IMG/VR virus record: IMGVR_UViG_2718218131_000002
From: a virus
Taxonomy: Duplodnaviria; Heunggongvirae; Uroviricota; Caudoviricetes
Length of the DNA stretch: 64,000 nucleotides
Direction: 5' to 3' (one strand)
In this document: piece by piece, positions 24,289 through 35,670 of the stretch
Layout: the number at the start of each line of letters is the position of its first letter
Position numbering within the stretch: position 1 is the first letter of the stretch
Position numbers and translations under genes: made by a program
Notes under the pieces: generated by a model
What the model was told of the DNA's origin: nothing
The model's input: the letters and a program-made list of their open reading frames with translations, nothing else
The model's database searches: none

Positions 24289-25588
24289 TCTCCCGCATAT
24301 TGCCAGCATGGCCTTTAATGAGCCGCTGATGCTTGAACCCGCCTATGCGCGGGTTTTCTTTTGTGCGCTTGCAGGCCAGCTTGGGATCAGCCGCCTGACG
24401 GATGCAGTATCCGGCGACAGCCTGACTGCCGGAGAGGCACCCGCGGCGCTGGCGTTATCCGGTGATGATGACGGACCACGACAGGCCCGGAGTTATCAGG
24501 TCATGAACGGCATCGCCGTGCTGCCGGTGTCCGGTACGCTGGTCAGCCGGACGCGGGCGCTGCAGCCGTATTCGGGGATGACCGGTTACAACGGCATTAT
24601 CGCCCGTCTGCAACAGGCTGCCAGCGACCCGATGGTGGACGGCATTCTGCTCGATATGGACACACCGGGCGGAATGGTGGCGGGAGCATTTGACTGCGCT
24701 GACATCATCGCCCGTGTGCGTGACATAAAGCCGGTATGGGCGCTGGCCAATGACATGAACTGCAGCGCAGGTCAGCTGCTTGCCAGTGCCGCCACCCGGC
24801 GTCTGGTCACGCAGACCGCCCGGACAGGCTCCATCGGCGTCATGATGGCTCACAGTAATTACGGCGCTGCACTGGAGAAACAGGGCGTGGAAATCACGCT
24901 GATTTACAGCGGCAGCCATAAGGTGGATGGCAACCCCTACAGCCATCTACCGGATGATGTCCGGGAAACACTGCAGTCCCGGATGGATGCAACCCGCCGG
25001 ATGTTTGCACAGAAGGTGTCGGCATATACCGGCCTGTCCGTGCAGGCTGTGCTGGATACCGAGGCTGCAGTGTACAGCGGTCAGGAGGCCATTGATGCCG
25101 GACTGGCTGATGAACTTGTCAACAGCACCGATGCGATCACCGTCATGCGTGATGCACTGGATGCACGTAAATCCCGTCTCTCAGGAGGGCGAATGACCAA
25201 AGAGACTCAATCAACAACTGTTTCAGCCACTGCTTCGCAGGATGACGTTACTGGCGTGGTGCCAGCGATGGAGGGCGAAAACGCCAGCGCGGCGCAGCCG
25301 GACGTGAACGCGCAGATCACCGCTGCGGTTGCGGCAGAAAACAGCCGCATTATGGGGATCCTCAACTGTGAGGAGGCTCACGGACGCGAAGAACAGGCCC
25401 GCGTGCTGGCAGAAACCCCCGGTATGACCGTGGAAACGGCCCGCCGCATTCTGGCCGCAGCACCACAGAGTGCACAGGCGCGCAGTGATACTGCGCTGGA
25501 TCGTCTGATGCAGGGGGCACCGGCACCGCTGGCTGCAGGTAACCCGGCATCTGATGCCGTTAACGATTTGCTGAACACACCAGTGTAA
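24269..25588 (+). CDS. C: head protease/scaffold C (with nested Nu3 frame)
   Basis: 439 aa from GTG; lambda gpC-like (TAELRNLPHIASMAFNEPLMLEP). Confidence 0.85.
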
Positions 25589-25597
25589 GGGATGTTT

Positions 25598-25930
25598 ATG
25601 ACGAGCAAAGAAACCTTTACCCATTACCAGCCGCTGGGCAACAGTGACCCGGCTCATACCGCAACCGCGCCCGGCGGATTGAGTGCGAAAGCGTCTGCAA
25701 TGACCCCGCTGATGCTGGACACCGCCACCCGTAAGCTGGTTGCGTGGGATGGCACCACCGACGGTGCTGCCGTTGGCATTCTTGCGGTTGCTGCTGACCA
25801 GACCAGCACCACGCTGACGTTCTACAAGTCCGGCACGTTCCGTTATGAGGATGTGCTCTGGCCGGAGGCTGCCAGCGACGAGACGAAAAAACGGACCGCG
25901 TTTGCCGGAACGGCAATCAGCATCGTTTAA
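25598..25930 (+). CDS. D: head decoration protein D
   Basis: 110 aa, [12 protein letters not shown]..., lambda gpD-like. Confidence 0.9.
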   Translation: MTSKETFTHYQPLGNSDPAHTATAPGGLSAKASAMTPLMLDTATRKLVAWDGTTDGAAVGILAVAADQTSTTLTFYKSGTFRYEDVLWPEAASDETKKRTAFAGTAISIV

Positions 25931-25985
25931 CCTTACCCTTCATCACTAAAGGCCGCCTGTGCGGCTTTTTTTACGGGATTTTTTT

Positions 25986-27011
25986 ATGTCGATGTACACA
26001 ACCGCCCAGCTGCTGGCGGCAAATGAGCAGAAATTTAAGTTTGATCCGCTGTTTCTGCGTCTCTTTTTCCGTGAGAGCTATCCCTTCACCACGGAGAAAG
26101 TCTATCTCTCACAAATTCCGGGACTGGTAAACATGGCGCTGTACGTTTCGCCGATTGTTTCCGGTGAGGTTATCCGTTCCCGTGGCGGCTCCACCTCTGA
26201 ATTTACGCCGGGATATGTCAAGCCGAAGCATGAGGTGAATCCGCAGATGACCCTGCGTCGCCTGCCGGATGAAGATCCGCAGAATCTGGCGGACCCGGCT
26301 TACCGCCGCCGTCGCATCATCATGCAGAACATGCGTGACGAAGAGCTGGCCATTGCCCAGGTCGAAGAGATGCAGGCAGTTTCTGCCGTGCTTAAGGGCA
26401 AATACACCATGACCGGTGAAGCCTTTGATCCGGTTGAGGTGGATATGGGCCGCAGTGCGGCAAACAACATCACACAGTCCGGTGGCACGGAGTGGAGCAA
26501 GCGTGACAAGTCCACGTATGACCCGACCGACGATATCGAAGCCTACGCGCTGAACGCCAGCGGCGTGGTGAATATCATCGTGTTTGATCCGAAAGGATGG
26601 GCGCTGTTCCGTTCCTTCAAAGCCGTCAGGGATAAGCTGGATACCCGTCGCGGCTCTCATTCCGAGCTGGAGACAGCGGTAAAAGACCTGGGCAAAGCGG
26701 TGTCTTATAAGGGAATGTATGGCGATGTGGCCATCGTCGTGTATTCCGGACAGTACGTGGAAAACGGCGTCAAAAAGAACTTCCTGCCGGACAACACGAT
26801 GGTGCTGGGGAACACTCAGGCACGCGGTCTGCGTACCTATGGCTGTATTCAGGATGCGGACGCACAGCGCGAAGGCATTAACGCCTCTGCCCGTTACCCG
26901 AAAAACTGGGTGACTACCGGCGATCCGGCGCGAGAGTTCACCATGATTCAGTCAGCACCGCTGATGCTGCTGGCTGACCCTGATGAGTTCGTGTCCGTAC
27001 AACTGGCGTAA
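25986..27011 (+). CDS. E: major capsid protein E
   Basis: 341 aa, MSMYTTAQLLAANEQKF..., lambda gpE-like. Confidence 0.9.
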   Translation: MSMYTTAQLLAANEQKFKFDPLFLRLFFRESYPFTTEKVYLSQIPGLVNMALYVSPIVSGEVIRSRGGSTSEFTPGYVKPKHEVNPQMTLRRLPDEDPQNLADPAYRRRRIIMQNMRDEELAIAQVEEMQAVSAVLKGKYTMTGEAFDPVEVDMGRSAANNITQSGGTEWSKRDKSTYDPTDDIEAYALNASGVVNIIVFDPKGWALFRSFKAVRDKLDTRRGSHSELETAVKDLGKAVSYKGMYGDVAIVVYSGQYVENGVKKNFLPDNTMVLGNTQARGLRTYGCIQDADAQREGINASARYPKNWVTTGDPAREFTMIQSAPLMLLADPDEFVSVQLA

Positions 27012-27364
27012 TCATGGCCCTTCGGGGCCATTGTTTCTCTGTGGAGGAGTCCATGACGAAAGATGAACTGATTGCCCGTCTCCGCTCGCTGGGTGAACAA
27101 CTGAACCGTGATGTCAGCCTGACGGGGACGAAAGAAGAACTGGCGCTCCGTGTGGCAGAGCTTGCAAAATGGCATCTGAATCGATCGCAGTTTGGCATTC
27201 GAATCGATCATGATTTGGCATCCATCTCCGATCACAGTTTGGCATCACAATCGATCACGATTTGGCATGCTTCCGATCATTGATTGGCATCCTGCCAGTC
27301 ACTCCGGGAATTAACTCTTTTCACCACAGTCTCCATTGCCGTGTTTAAACCAGTGGAGACGTCA

Positions 27365-28930
27365 ATGTCCAGAAAGAGAAAATCCAGGAGCACTATGGAA
27401 ACCTGTTTTAAGATTCTTCAGCTCAAGTTCGACAAGAAGCTGACTAACCGTTGTATCGGACTGACGTTACACATCAGCGCCTCAACCGTTTTTGAGGTTC
27501 TTGCCCGCTTCAAAGCCTCTTCTCTGTCATGGCCATTACCTGCTGATATATCCCATGACACGCTGGAGAAACTCATTTTTCCGCCCAAAGACACCTTTGC
27601 ATCAGAGCTTGTAATGCCTGACATGTTGTACCTCGATACGGAAATGAGAAAACCAGGTGTGACGCGGCAACTGTTGTGGATGGAATACAAGGCACAGGCG
27701 GGTAACAAAGCGATGGGATACTCGCACTTCTGCCGTTGCTACCGGGAGTGGAAAAAAACGCGACGTCTCTCCATGCGCCAGGAGCATCGTGCCGGCGAAA
27801 AGCTTTTTATCGACTTCTGTGGTCCTACGGTTCCTGTTATTAATCCGGACACCGGTGAGATACGCCGCGTGGCAATCTTCGTGGCCGTAATGGGGGCGTC
27901 CAACTATACCTACGTTGAAGCGTGCGAAGGTCAGGACATGATGTCATGGTTAAATGCCCACAGCCGTTGCCTGACCTTCCTGGGCGGCGTACCGAAGCTG
28001 CTCATCCCCGATAACCTCAGAAGCGCAGTGAAAAAGGCCGATCGATATGAGCCTGTCATCAACGACAGTTATCAGGCACTGGCTGAGCACTATGGCACGG
28101 TTATCATCCCGGCCCGACCACGCAAACCTAAAGATAAACCAAAAGCAGAAAACGGCGTCCTCATCGTCGAACGATGGCTTCTTGCCCGCATCCGTAATGA
28201 AACCTTCCACACGCTCAGGGCGCTGAATGCGCGCCTTAGGGAGTTACTGACAGACATGAATAACCGGCCAATGAAGGGGTACGGCAATCAAACCCGTGCA
28301 GAACGCTTCCGCATACTGGATGCGCCAGCACTCTCTCCGCTGCCTCTGGCACCTTATGAATACACGGAATACAAAGCTGTGAAGGTTGGCCCTGACTACC
28401 ACGTTGAATATGCCCGTCACTGGTACTCCGTTCCACACGAACTGGTCGGTCAGCGTCTGTCACTGAAGGCGGGGCAGTCGGTGGTACAGCTCTGGCACAA
28501 GGGGCAGTGTGTGGCGCAACATCCGCGCAGCACACATGAATATAAACACACAACCAATCCGCTTCACATGCCAGAGCGCCACCGGCAGCACGGGACATGG
28601 ACACCGGAACGCCTGATCGAGCAGGGAAAACGTACGGGCCCGTCCACAGGCCGGGTGGTTGAATCCATGCTGAAGGCAAAACCCCATCCGGAACTGGCTT
28701 ATCGTGCAGTTCTGGGGCTGCTGGCACTTCAGAAAAAATACGGCCCGGAACGGCTGGAAAAGGCCTGTTACGTTGCCCTGCACTATAACGCCCCTGACAG
28801 ACGCTTTATCGACAATCTGCTGCGTCACCATCGGGAGAACCTGGAGCTTCCATTATCCCGCCAGGGCGAACAACATCCGGCATATGCTTCAGAGCATGAA
28901 AACCTGCGTGGTCCGGGCTACTACCACTGA
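27365..28930 (+). CDS. istA: IS21-family transposase IstA
   Basis: ~520 aa with N-terminal HTH and DDE core; followed by the ATP-binding helper gene. Confidence 0.75.
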   Translation: MSRKRKSRSTMETCFKILQLKFDKKLTNRCIGLTLHISASTVFEVLARFKASSLSWPLPADISHDTLEKLIFPPKDTFASELVMPDMLYLDTEMRKPGVTRQLLWMEYKAQAGNKAMGYSHFCRCYREWKKTRRLSMRQEHRAGEKLFIDFCGPTVPVINPDTGEIRRVAIFVAVMGASNYTYVEACEGQDMMSWLNAHSRCLTFLGGVPKLLIPDNLRSAVKKADRYEPVINDSYQALAEHYGTVIIPARPRKPKDKPKAENGVLIVERWLLARIRNETFHTLRALNARLRELLTDMNNRPMKGYGNQTRAERFRILDAPALSPLPLAPYEYTEYKAVKVGPDYHVEYARHWYSVPHELVGQRLSLKAGQSVVQLWHKGQCVAQHPRSTHEYKHTTNPLHMPERHRQHGTWTPERLIEQGKRTGPSTGRVVESMLKAKPHPELAYRAVLGLLALQKKYGPERLEKACYVALHYNAPDRRFIDNLLRHHRENLELPLSRQGEQHPAYASEHENLRGPGYYH

Positions 28931-28946
28931 CAGAAGGAACAACAGT

Positions 28947-29702
28947 ATGAGTGATAACCTGTTAAACAAACTGACCCAACTGAAACTCCCGGCGATGGCC
29001 GGGAGCCTGATACGGCAGCGGGAAACGCCTCAGACCTACGACGAACTGTCGTTCGAGGAAAGGCTGACGCTGCTGGTTGATGACGAGCTTCTGAGCAGGG
29101 AAAACAGCCGTGTGGCACGGTTGAGAAAAAATGCCGGCCTGAAATACCAGGCAACACCGGAAGGGCTGCGCTATCCGGCCTCAAGAGGTCTGCGGGCTGA
29201 ACAGATGAGAGAACTGCTGAACGGCCACTACATAACCCACAGGAAAAACCTGCTGATAACCGGTCCGACAGGATGTGGCAAGAGCTGGATAGCCAATGCG
29301 CTGGGCGAACAGGCATGTCGACAGAAACACAGCGTCCGGTACTGTAGAACCGGGCGATTACTGGAACAACTGGCTCAGGGACGTGTTGATGGCAGCTGGC
29401 TGAAATATCTGAAACAGTTGCAAAAAATACAGGTTCTAATCCTGGACGATCTGGGGCTGGAACAGTTAAGTAACGCCCAGTGTAATGACCTTCTGGAGCT
29501 CATAGAGGATCGTTACGGACAAAGCAGCACGATAGTGGTAAGCCAGTTCCCGGTAGATAAATGGCATGGTCTGATGGAGAACCCAACAACAGCAGATGCC
29601 ATCCTGGACAGACTGGTACATAACTCACACCGGGTGGTCCTTCAGGGAGAGTCACTGAGGAAAAATCCCCCGGTAGTGGAAAGCAGCGAAAAAACGCGTT
29701 AA
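28947..29702 (+). CDS. istB: IS21-family helper ATPase IstB
   Basis: Walker A ITGPTGCGKS and Walker B LILDDLG motifs. Confidence 0.8.
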   Translation: MSDNLLNKLTQLKLPAMAGSLIRQRETPQTYDELSFEERLTLLVDDELLSRENSRVARLRKNAGLKYQATPEGLRYPASRGLRAEQMRELLNGHYITHRKNLLITGPTGCGKSWIANALGEQACRQKHSVRYCRTGRLLEQLAQGRVDGSWLKYLKQLQKIQVLILDDLGLEQLSNAQCNDLLELIEDRYGQSSTIVVSQFPVDKWHGLMENPTTADAILDRLVHNSHRVVLQGESLRKNPPVVESSEKTR

Positions 29703-30108
29703 AAAGCGGTAGAAAAAGTTAAGTTCCCGGTTGATCGAATGGATGCGAATCGCTGATCGGACTTCGATGCCAATCCGTGATCGAATAGAGCGGAATACGC
29801 ACAGAGCTGGAAGAGGAGCTTGATGACACGGATGAAACTGCCGGTCAGGACACCCCTCTCAGCCGGGAAAATGTGCTGACCGGACATGAAAATGAGGTGG
29901 GATCAGCGCAGCCGGATACCGTGATTCTGGATACGTCTGAACTGGTCACGGTTGTGGCACTGGTGACGCTGCATACCGATGCACTTCACGCCACGCGGGA
30001 TGAACCTGTGGCATTTGTGCTGCCGGGAACGGCGTTCCGTGTCTCTGCCGGTGTGGCAGCCGAAATGACAGAACGTGGCCTGGCCAGAATGCAATAACGG
30101 GAGGCGCT

Positions 30109-30462
30109 GTGGCTGATTTCGATAACCTGTTCGATGCTGCCATTGCCCGCGCCGATGAAACGATACGCGGGTACATGGGAACGTCAGCCACCATTACATC
30201 CGGTGAGCAGTCAGGTGCGGTGATACGTGGTGTTTTTGATGACCCTGAAAATATCAGCTATGCCGGACAGGGCGTGCGCGTTGAAGGCTCCAGCCCGTCC
30301 CTGTTTGTCCGGACTGATGAGGTGCGGCAGCTGCGGCGCGGCGACACGCTGACCATCGGTGAGGAAAACTTCTGGATAGACCGGATTTCGCCGGATGATG
30401 GCGGAAGTTGTCATCTCTGGCTTGGGCGTGGTGTGCCGCCTGCCGTTAACCGTCGTCGCTGA
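30109..30462 (+). CDS. FII: head-tail connector FII
   Basis: 117 aa, lambda gpFII-like. Confidence 0.85.
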   Translation: MADFDNLFDAAIARADETIRGYMGTSATITSGEQSGAVIRGVFDDPENISYAGQGVRVEGSSPSLFVRTDEVRQLRRGDTLTIGEENFWIDRISPDDGGSCHLWLGRGVPPAVNRRR

Positions 30463-30473
30463 AAGGGGGGTGT

Positions 30474-31049
30474 ATGGCCATAAAAGGTCTTGAGCAGGCC
30501 GTTGAAAACCTCAGCCGTATCAGCAAAACGGCGGTGCCTGGTGCGTCAGCAATGGCCATTAACCGCGTGGCCGCAACGGCGATTAATCAGTCTTCGTCTC
30601 AGGTCGCCCGTGAAACCCGGGTGCCGAGAAAACTGGTTAAAGAGCGATCCAGACTGAAACGAGCTACGGTCAGAAATCCGAATGCAAAAATTATCGTTAA
30701 CCGAGGTGATCTCCCTGCTATTAAGCTGGGGATCAGGATGCTTGGTCATCGCCCGAACAGCATACTCAAAGCCGGTCAGCATCGTTATCAGCGGGCATTC
30801 ATCCAGCGATTAAATAATGGACGCTGGCATGTTATGCAACGTCTGCCAGAAGCACGGTATGCGAAGGGCAATGACGATAAGGGAAGGAAAAAGCGTAATC
30901 GTCTTCCCATTCAGGTGGTGAAAATTCCGATGGCGGTCCCACTGAAACAGGCTTTTGATGAGAACGTTAACCGTATCCGGCGAGAACGTCTGCCAAAAGA
31001 ACTGAGCTATGCGCTGAAACAACAACTGAGGATTGTGATAAAGCGATGA
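30474..31049 (+). CDS. Z: tail completion protein Z
   Basis: Lambda gpZ-like, position. Confidence 0.8.
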   Translation: MAIKGLEQAVENLSRISKTAVPGASAMAINRVAATAINQSSSQVARETRVPRKLVKERSRLKRATVRNPNAKIIVNRGDLPAIKLGIRMLGHRPNSILKAGQHRYQRAFIQRLNNGRWHVMQRLPEARYAKGNDDKGRKKRNRLPIQVVKIPMAVPLKQAFDENVNRIRRERLPKELSYALKQQLRIVIKR

Positions 31050-31441
31050 AACATACTGAACTCCGTGCAGCCGTACTGGATGCACTGGAGAAGCATGACA
31101 CCGGGGCGACGCTTTTTGATGGTCGCCCCGGTGTTTTTGATGAGGCGGATTTTCCGGCAGTTGCCGTTTATCTCACCGGCGCTGAATACACGGGCGAAGA
31201 GCTGGACAGCGATACCTGGCAGGCGGAGCTGCATATCGAAGTTTTCCTGCCTGCTCAGGTGCCGGATTCAGAGCTGGATGCGTGGATGGAGTCCCGGATT
31301 TATCCGGTGATGAGCGATATCCCGGCACTGGCAGGACTGATTACCACGATGGTTACGCAGGGCTATGAGTATCGTCGTGATGACGATATGGCGTTATGGA
31401 GTTCTGCAGATCTGACTTATTCCATTACATACGAGATGTGA
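31046..31441 (+). CDS. U: tail terminator U
   Basis: 131 aa, lambda gpU-like. Confidence 0.85.
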   Translation: MKHTELRAAVLDALEKHDTGATLFDGRPGVFDEADFPAVAVYLTGAEYTGEELDSDTWQAELHIEVFLPAQVPDSELDAWMESRIYPVMSDIPALAGLITTMVTQGYEYRRDDDMALWSSADLTYSITYEM

Positions 31442-31448
31442 GGACGAT

Positions 31449-32201
31449 ATGGCAACACCAAATCCCCTTGAGCCGGTAAAAGGTGCCGGTACCACTCTGT
31501 GGGTTTACAACGGCAAGGGTGATGCTTATGCAAACCCGTTGTCAGACGATGACTGGCAGCGACTGGCTAAGGTGAAGGATCTGACGCCGGGCGAGATGAC
31601 GGCAGAACCCTACGATGATAACTACCTGGATGATGAAGACGCGGACTGGACCGCGACCGGGCAGGGGCAGAAGTCTGCAGGAGATACCAGTTTTACGCTG
31701 GCCTGGAAACCGGGAGAAGAAGGTCAGAAAGGGCTTATAGGCTGGTTTGAAAGCGGGGATGTGCGGGCCTATAAAATCCGTTTCCCAAATGGCACGGTGG
31801 ATGTGTTCCGTGGCTGGGTCAGCAGTATCGGTAAGGCCGTGACGGCGAAAGAAGTGATCACCCGCACGGTGAAAGTGACCAACGTGGGCAAACCTTCTGT
31901 AGCGGAAGAACGCAGCAAAATTACGCCGGTCACTGCGATTAAGGTGACGCCGACATCCGGTACGGTGGCAAAAGGGAAAACAACCACCCTGACGGTTTCT
32001 TTTGAGCCGGAAAGTGCAACCGACAAGACGTTCAGAGCGGTTTCCGCCGATCCGTCGAAAGCCACCATTAGTGTGAAAGATATGACAATTACGGTAAACG
32101 GCGTGGCGACAGGTAAGGTGCAGATCCCTGTGGTGAGCGGAAATGGTCAGTTCGCCGCAGTGGCTGAAGTCACCGTTACTGAAGCGGGCGCTGCAGGGTA
32201 A
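31449..32201 (+). CDS. V: major tail protein V
   Basis: Lambda gpV-like with C-terminal Ig-like domain. Confidence 0.85.
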   Translation: MATPNPLEPVKGAGTTLWVYNGKGDAYANPLSDDDWQRLAKVKDLTPGEMTAEPYDDNYLDDEDADWTATGQGQKSAGDTSFTLAWKPGEEGQKGLIGWFESGDVRAYKIRFPNGTVDVFRGWVSSIGKAVTAKEVITRTVKVTNVGKPSVAEERSKITPVTAIKVTPTSGTVAKGKTTTLTVSFEPESATDKTFRAVSADPSKATISVKDMTITVNGVATGKVQIPVVSGNGQFAAVAEVTVTEAGAAG

Positions 32202-32214
32202 ACGGAGGTAATAC

Positions 32215-32637
32215 ATGTTTCTGAAAACAGAACAATTTGAATATAACGGTGTGTCCGTCACGCTTTCCGAATTGTCTGCGCTGCAGCGGTTTGATTATAT
32301 AAAGTTTGTTTCAGACGCAGAACAACAGGAGACAACGAAGCATGATGTCGTGCACATTAACCAGCGATATCTGGAAACGGCATCCCTGCTTGTGGCGATG
32401 TCGCTATGGCATTCCCATTCCCTCAAAGGCACTCTGGCCTCTCCGGAGACAGAGATGCAGCAGATCCGCCGTGAAGTGATGCTGGGATGGCCTGCTGATG
32501 CACTGAATCAGGCAACGAACCGGGTGCTTTATCTTTCAGGTATGCTGGATAACCGGCACGATGCCGATCCTGAACAAACCGGGAAAGCAGAAGCGACTGA
32601 GCCGGTAACATCAAAAAAGCATTCGAAGGCGAGCTGA
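32215..32637 (+). CDS. G: tail assembly chaperone G
   Basis: 140 aa, lambda gpG-like. Confidence 0.85.
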   Translation: MFLKTEQFEYNGVSVTLSELSALQRFDYIKFVSDAEQQETTKHDVVHINQRYLETASLLVAMSLWHSHSLKGTLASPETEMQQIRREVMLGWPADALNQATNRVLYLSGMLDNRHDADPEQTGKAEATEPVTSKKHSKAS

Positions 32638-33077
32638 ACTTTGTCCTGAAACTGGCGCGAGAGATGGGGAGACCCGACTGGCGCGCCATGCTTGCCGGGA
32701 TGACATCCACCGAATATGCCGACTGGCGACATTTTTACCGCACGCATTATTTTCAGGATACCCAACTGGATATGCATTTTTCCGGGCTGATGTACGCTGT
32801 ACTCAGCCTGTTTTTTTGCGATCCGGATATGCATCCCTCTGATTTCAGTCTGCTTGTCCCCCGGCATGAGGAAGAGCAGGTGGAGAGGCTGGATGAGGAC
32901 AAAATGCTGATGCAGAAAGCGGCAGGACTTGCCGGAGGCGTCCGGTTCGGTGGGGACGGAGGGGGCGATATTTTATCGTCTGCGGATGTGGCGGATGTCA
33001 TGGTGGATGATGCCGCATTAATGATGGCTTCAGCGGGGATTCCAGGAGGTGTGAGATATGTCCCAGCCAGCGGGTGA
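32215..33077 (+). CDS. T: tail assembly protein G-T fusion via programmed -1 frameshift
   Basis: Slippery heptamer A AAA AAG at 32613-32619 near the G 3' end; the -1 frame continues as the gpT-like sequence (ELNFVLKLAREMGRPDWRAMLAG). Confidence 0.65.
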
Positions 33078-35670
33078 TCTGGTTATTGATTTGAGTCTGG
33101 ATGCGGCCCGGTTTGATGAACAGATGGCCCGGGTACGCCGTCATTTTTCCAGTCTGGAGGCGGATGCCAGAAAAACCGCCAGTACTGTTGAACAGGGGCT
33201 GAGCCGACAGGCGCTGGCTGCACAAAAAGCCGGGATATCAGTCGGACAGTATAAGGCTGCCATGCGCACACTGCCCGCACAGTTCACGGATATTGTCACT
33301 CAGCTTGCCGGTGGTCAGAATCCCTTCCTTATCATGCTGCAGCAGGGGGGGCAGATCAGCGATTCATTCGGTGGACCGCTCAGCCTGCTTACCCTGCTGA
33401 AGGAGGAACTTCTCGGGATCAGGGATGCCTCTGAATCATCAGAGGAGTCGCTGTCAGATACGGCAAATGCACTGGCTGAAAATGCCCGGAATGCCGGTGA
33501 GCTGGGACGATTTATGTCGGTGGCCCGTGTGGCGGCAGGTGGCGGGGTTGCCGTACTGGCCGCGCTTGCTGCCGCCGCCTGGCAGGCAGAGCAGGCTGAC
33601 CGGGCCTTATTGCGTTCACTGATCCTGACCGGAGGGGCGGCTGCCACCACAACGGCAGAATTGTGGAAAATGGCCGGGGTGATCAGCGATGAAGCCGGTG
33701 GTGGTATCAGACAGGCGGCAGAAAATCTGGCCCGTCTGGCAGAAAGCGGGAAATATACCGCCGGGCAGCTACGGATCATGGGGGAAACCTCTCAGAGATG
33801 GCTGCAGACGGTGGGGGACGATGCCGGGAAGGTGGAAAAAGCCTTTGAAGGGATTGCAGCAGATCCGGTGAAGGCGCTGGCCTCCCTGAATCAGCAGTAT
33901 AACTTCCTGAGCGTTTCCCAGTTACGCCATATTGATGAGCTTGAGCGCACGAAAGGTAAACAGGCTGCGGTGACGGAGGCGATGTCCCTGTTTGCGGATG
34001 TCATGAATGCACGTCTGGAGCAACTTGATAAAGCGGCCACGCCGGTGGAAAAAATCTGGGACGATGTTAAAACCTGGACTTCTGACGCATGGGCATGGAT
34101 AGGTGATCATACACTGGGGGCACTCAGTCTGATCACTGACGTGGTGGCCGGAACCGTTGAACAGGTGAAGCTGCTGCTTGTGCAGGGGGATCTGGCGCTG
34201 GCTGAATTTATTCAGTCAGCCTGGGAAACGACAAAGAATGTGCCCGGCGTTGGTGCGTTGTTTGGTGAACTGGCAGAAGAGAACCGCGTATTTATTGAGA
34301 AAACAAAACGCGATGAACTGGCGCTGAGAAAATCCATTGCGGAACGGGATGCGCGTATACGCCAGGGGGAAATGGGGTACATCAACCGCTCGCGTGCAAC
34401 AGGCGTCAGCAAAGGTCCTGGGCAGCAGGAAGCCGTCAGCCGTCTGGCTGAAGAGCTGACAGGTAAAAAGCATACATCACCGAAAACGCGCTCTGCCGGG
34501 GAGAGGGAAGAGGAGCAGGCAAGAGAGGCTCTGCTTGCCCTTGAAGCTGAGCTCAGGACGCTGGAAAAACACAGCGGTGCGAATGAGAAAATCAGTCGGC
34601 AGCGCCGTGATTTATGGAAGGCGGAAAGTCAGTATGCGGTCCTGAAAGAGGCTGCCACGAAACGGCAGTTATCCTGGCAGGAAAAATCCCTGCTGGCCCA
34701 TGAGAAAGAGACGCTGGAGTACAAACGCCAGCTGGCTGACCTGGGCGACAAGGTTGAACACCAGAAACGCCTGAATGAGCTGGCACAGCAGGCGGTGCGG
34801 TTTGAAGAGCAGCAGAGCGCGAAGCAGGCCGCCATCAGCGCAAAAGCCCGCGGTCTCACTGACCGTCAGGCGCAGCGGGAGTCTGAAGCGCAGCGTCTTC
34901 GGGACGTGTACGGTGATAATCCGCAGGCGCTGGCGAAGGCCACATCGGCACTGAAGAACACCTGGTCTGCGGAGGAGCAGCTTCGTGGAAGCTGGATGGC
35001 CGGGCTGAAGTCCGGCTGGGGCGAGTGGGCGGAAAGTGCGACGGACAGTTTTTCGCAGGTTAAAAGTGCTGCCACGCAGACCTTTGACGGTATTGCACAG
35101 AATATGGCGGCGATGCTGACCGGCAGTGAGCAGAACTGGCGCAGCTTCACCCGTTCCGTGCTGTCCATGATGACAGAAATTCTGCTTAAGCAGGCAATGG
35201 TGGGGATAGTCGGGAGTATCGGCAGCGCCATTGGCGGGGCTGTTGGTGGCGGCGCATCCGCGTCAGGCGGTACAGCCATTCAGGCTGCGGCGGCGAACTT
35301 CCATTTCGCGACCGGGGGATTTACGGGAACCGGCGGCAAATATGAGCCAGCGGGGATTGTTCACCGTGGTGAATTTGTCTTCACGAAGGAGGCAACCAGC
35401 CGGATTGGTGTCGGCAACCTGTACCGCCTGATGCGGGGCTATGCGGAAGGTGGTTATGTGGGCGGTGCCGGAAGTCCGGCGCAGATGCGGCGGGCTGAAG
35501 GCATTAATTTTAATCAGAACAATCACGTGGTGATTCAGAACGACGGTACGAATGGTCTGCCAGGTCCACAGATGATGAAGGCAGTGTATGACATGGCCCG
35601 CAAGGGTGCCCGTGATGAAATCCAGGCACAGATGCGCGATGGTGGCCTGTTCTCCGGAGGTGGACGATGA
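33058..35670 (+). CDS. H: tail tape-measure protein H
   Basis: 870 aa, lambda gpH-like. Confidence 0.85.
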   Translation: MSQPAGDLVIDLSLDAARFDEQMARVRRHFSSLEADARKTASTVEQGLSRQALAAQKAGISVGQYKAAMRTLPAQFTDIVTQLAGGQNPFLIMLQQGGQISDSFGGPLSLLTLLKEELLGIRDASESSEESLSDTANALAENARNAGELGRFMSVARVAAGGGVAVLAALAAAAWQAEQADRALLRSLILTGGAAATTTAELWKMAGVISDEAGGGIRQAAENLARLAESGKYTAGQLRIMGETSQRWLQTVGDDAGKVEKAFEGIAADPVKALASLNQQYNFLSVSQLRHIDELERTKGKQAAVTEAMSLFADVMNARLEQLDKAATPVEKIWDDVKTWTSDAWAWIGDHTLGALSLITDVVAGTVEQVKLLLVQGDLALAEFIQSAWETTKNVPGVGALFGELAEENRVFIEKTKRDELALRKSIAERDARIRQGEMGYINRSRATGVSKGPGQQEAVSRLAEELTGKKHTSPKTRSAGEREEEQAREALLALEAELRTLEKHSGANEKISRQRRDLWKAESQYAVLKEAATKRQLSWQEKSLLAHEKETLEYKRQLADLGDKVEHQKRLNELAQQAVRFEEQQSAKQAAISAKARGLTDRQAQRESEAQRLRDVYGDNPQALAKATSALKNTWSAEEQLRGSWMAGLKSGWGEWAESATDSFSQVKSAATQTFDGIAQNMAAMLTGSEQNWRSFTRSVLSMMTEILLKQAMVGIVGSIGSAIGGAVGGGASASGGTAIQAAAANFHFATGGFTGTGGKYEPAGIVHRGEFVFTKEATSRIGVGNLYRLMRGYAEGGYVGGAGSPAQMRRAEGINFNQNNHVVIQNDGTNGLPGPQMMKAVYDMARKGARDEIQAQMRDGGLFSGGGR

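Larger units (their letters stand above)
27163..29801 (+). mobile_element. IS21-family insertion sequence (istA plus istB), ~2.64 kb
   Basis: Ends TGCA...CGCA with multiple TTTGGCAT subterminal repeats; 7-bp direct repeat CAGAGCT at 27156-27162 and 29802-29808. Confidence 0.7.
27053..30097 (+). pseudogene. FI: FI (DNA-packaging protein) interrupted by an IS21-family element
   Basis: FI reading frame MTKDELIARLRSLGEQLNRDVSLTGTKEELALRVAEL runs to 27162 and resumes at about 29802. Confidence 0.75.

Noticed and set aside
32581-32587. GGGAAAG as the G-T frameshift site
   Set aside because: Both alternative frames hit stops at 32598-32606; the usable slippery heptamer is A AAA AAG at 32613-32619.
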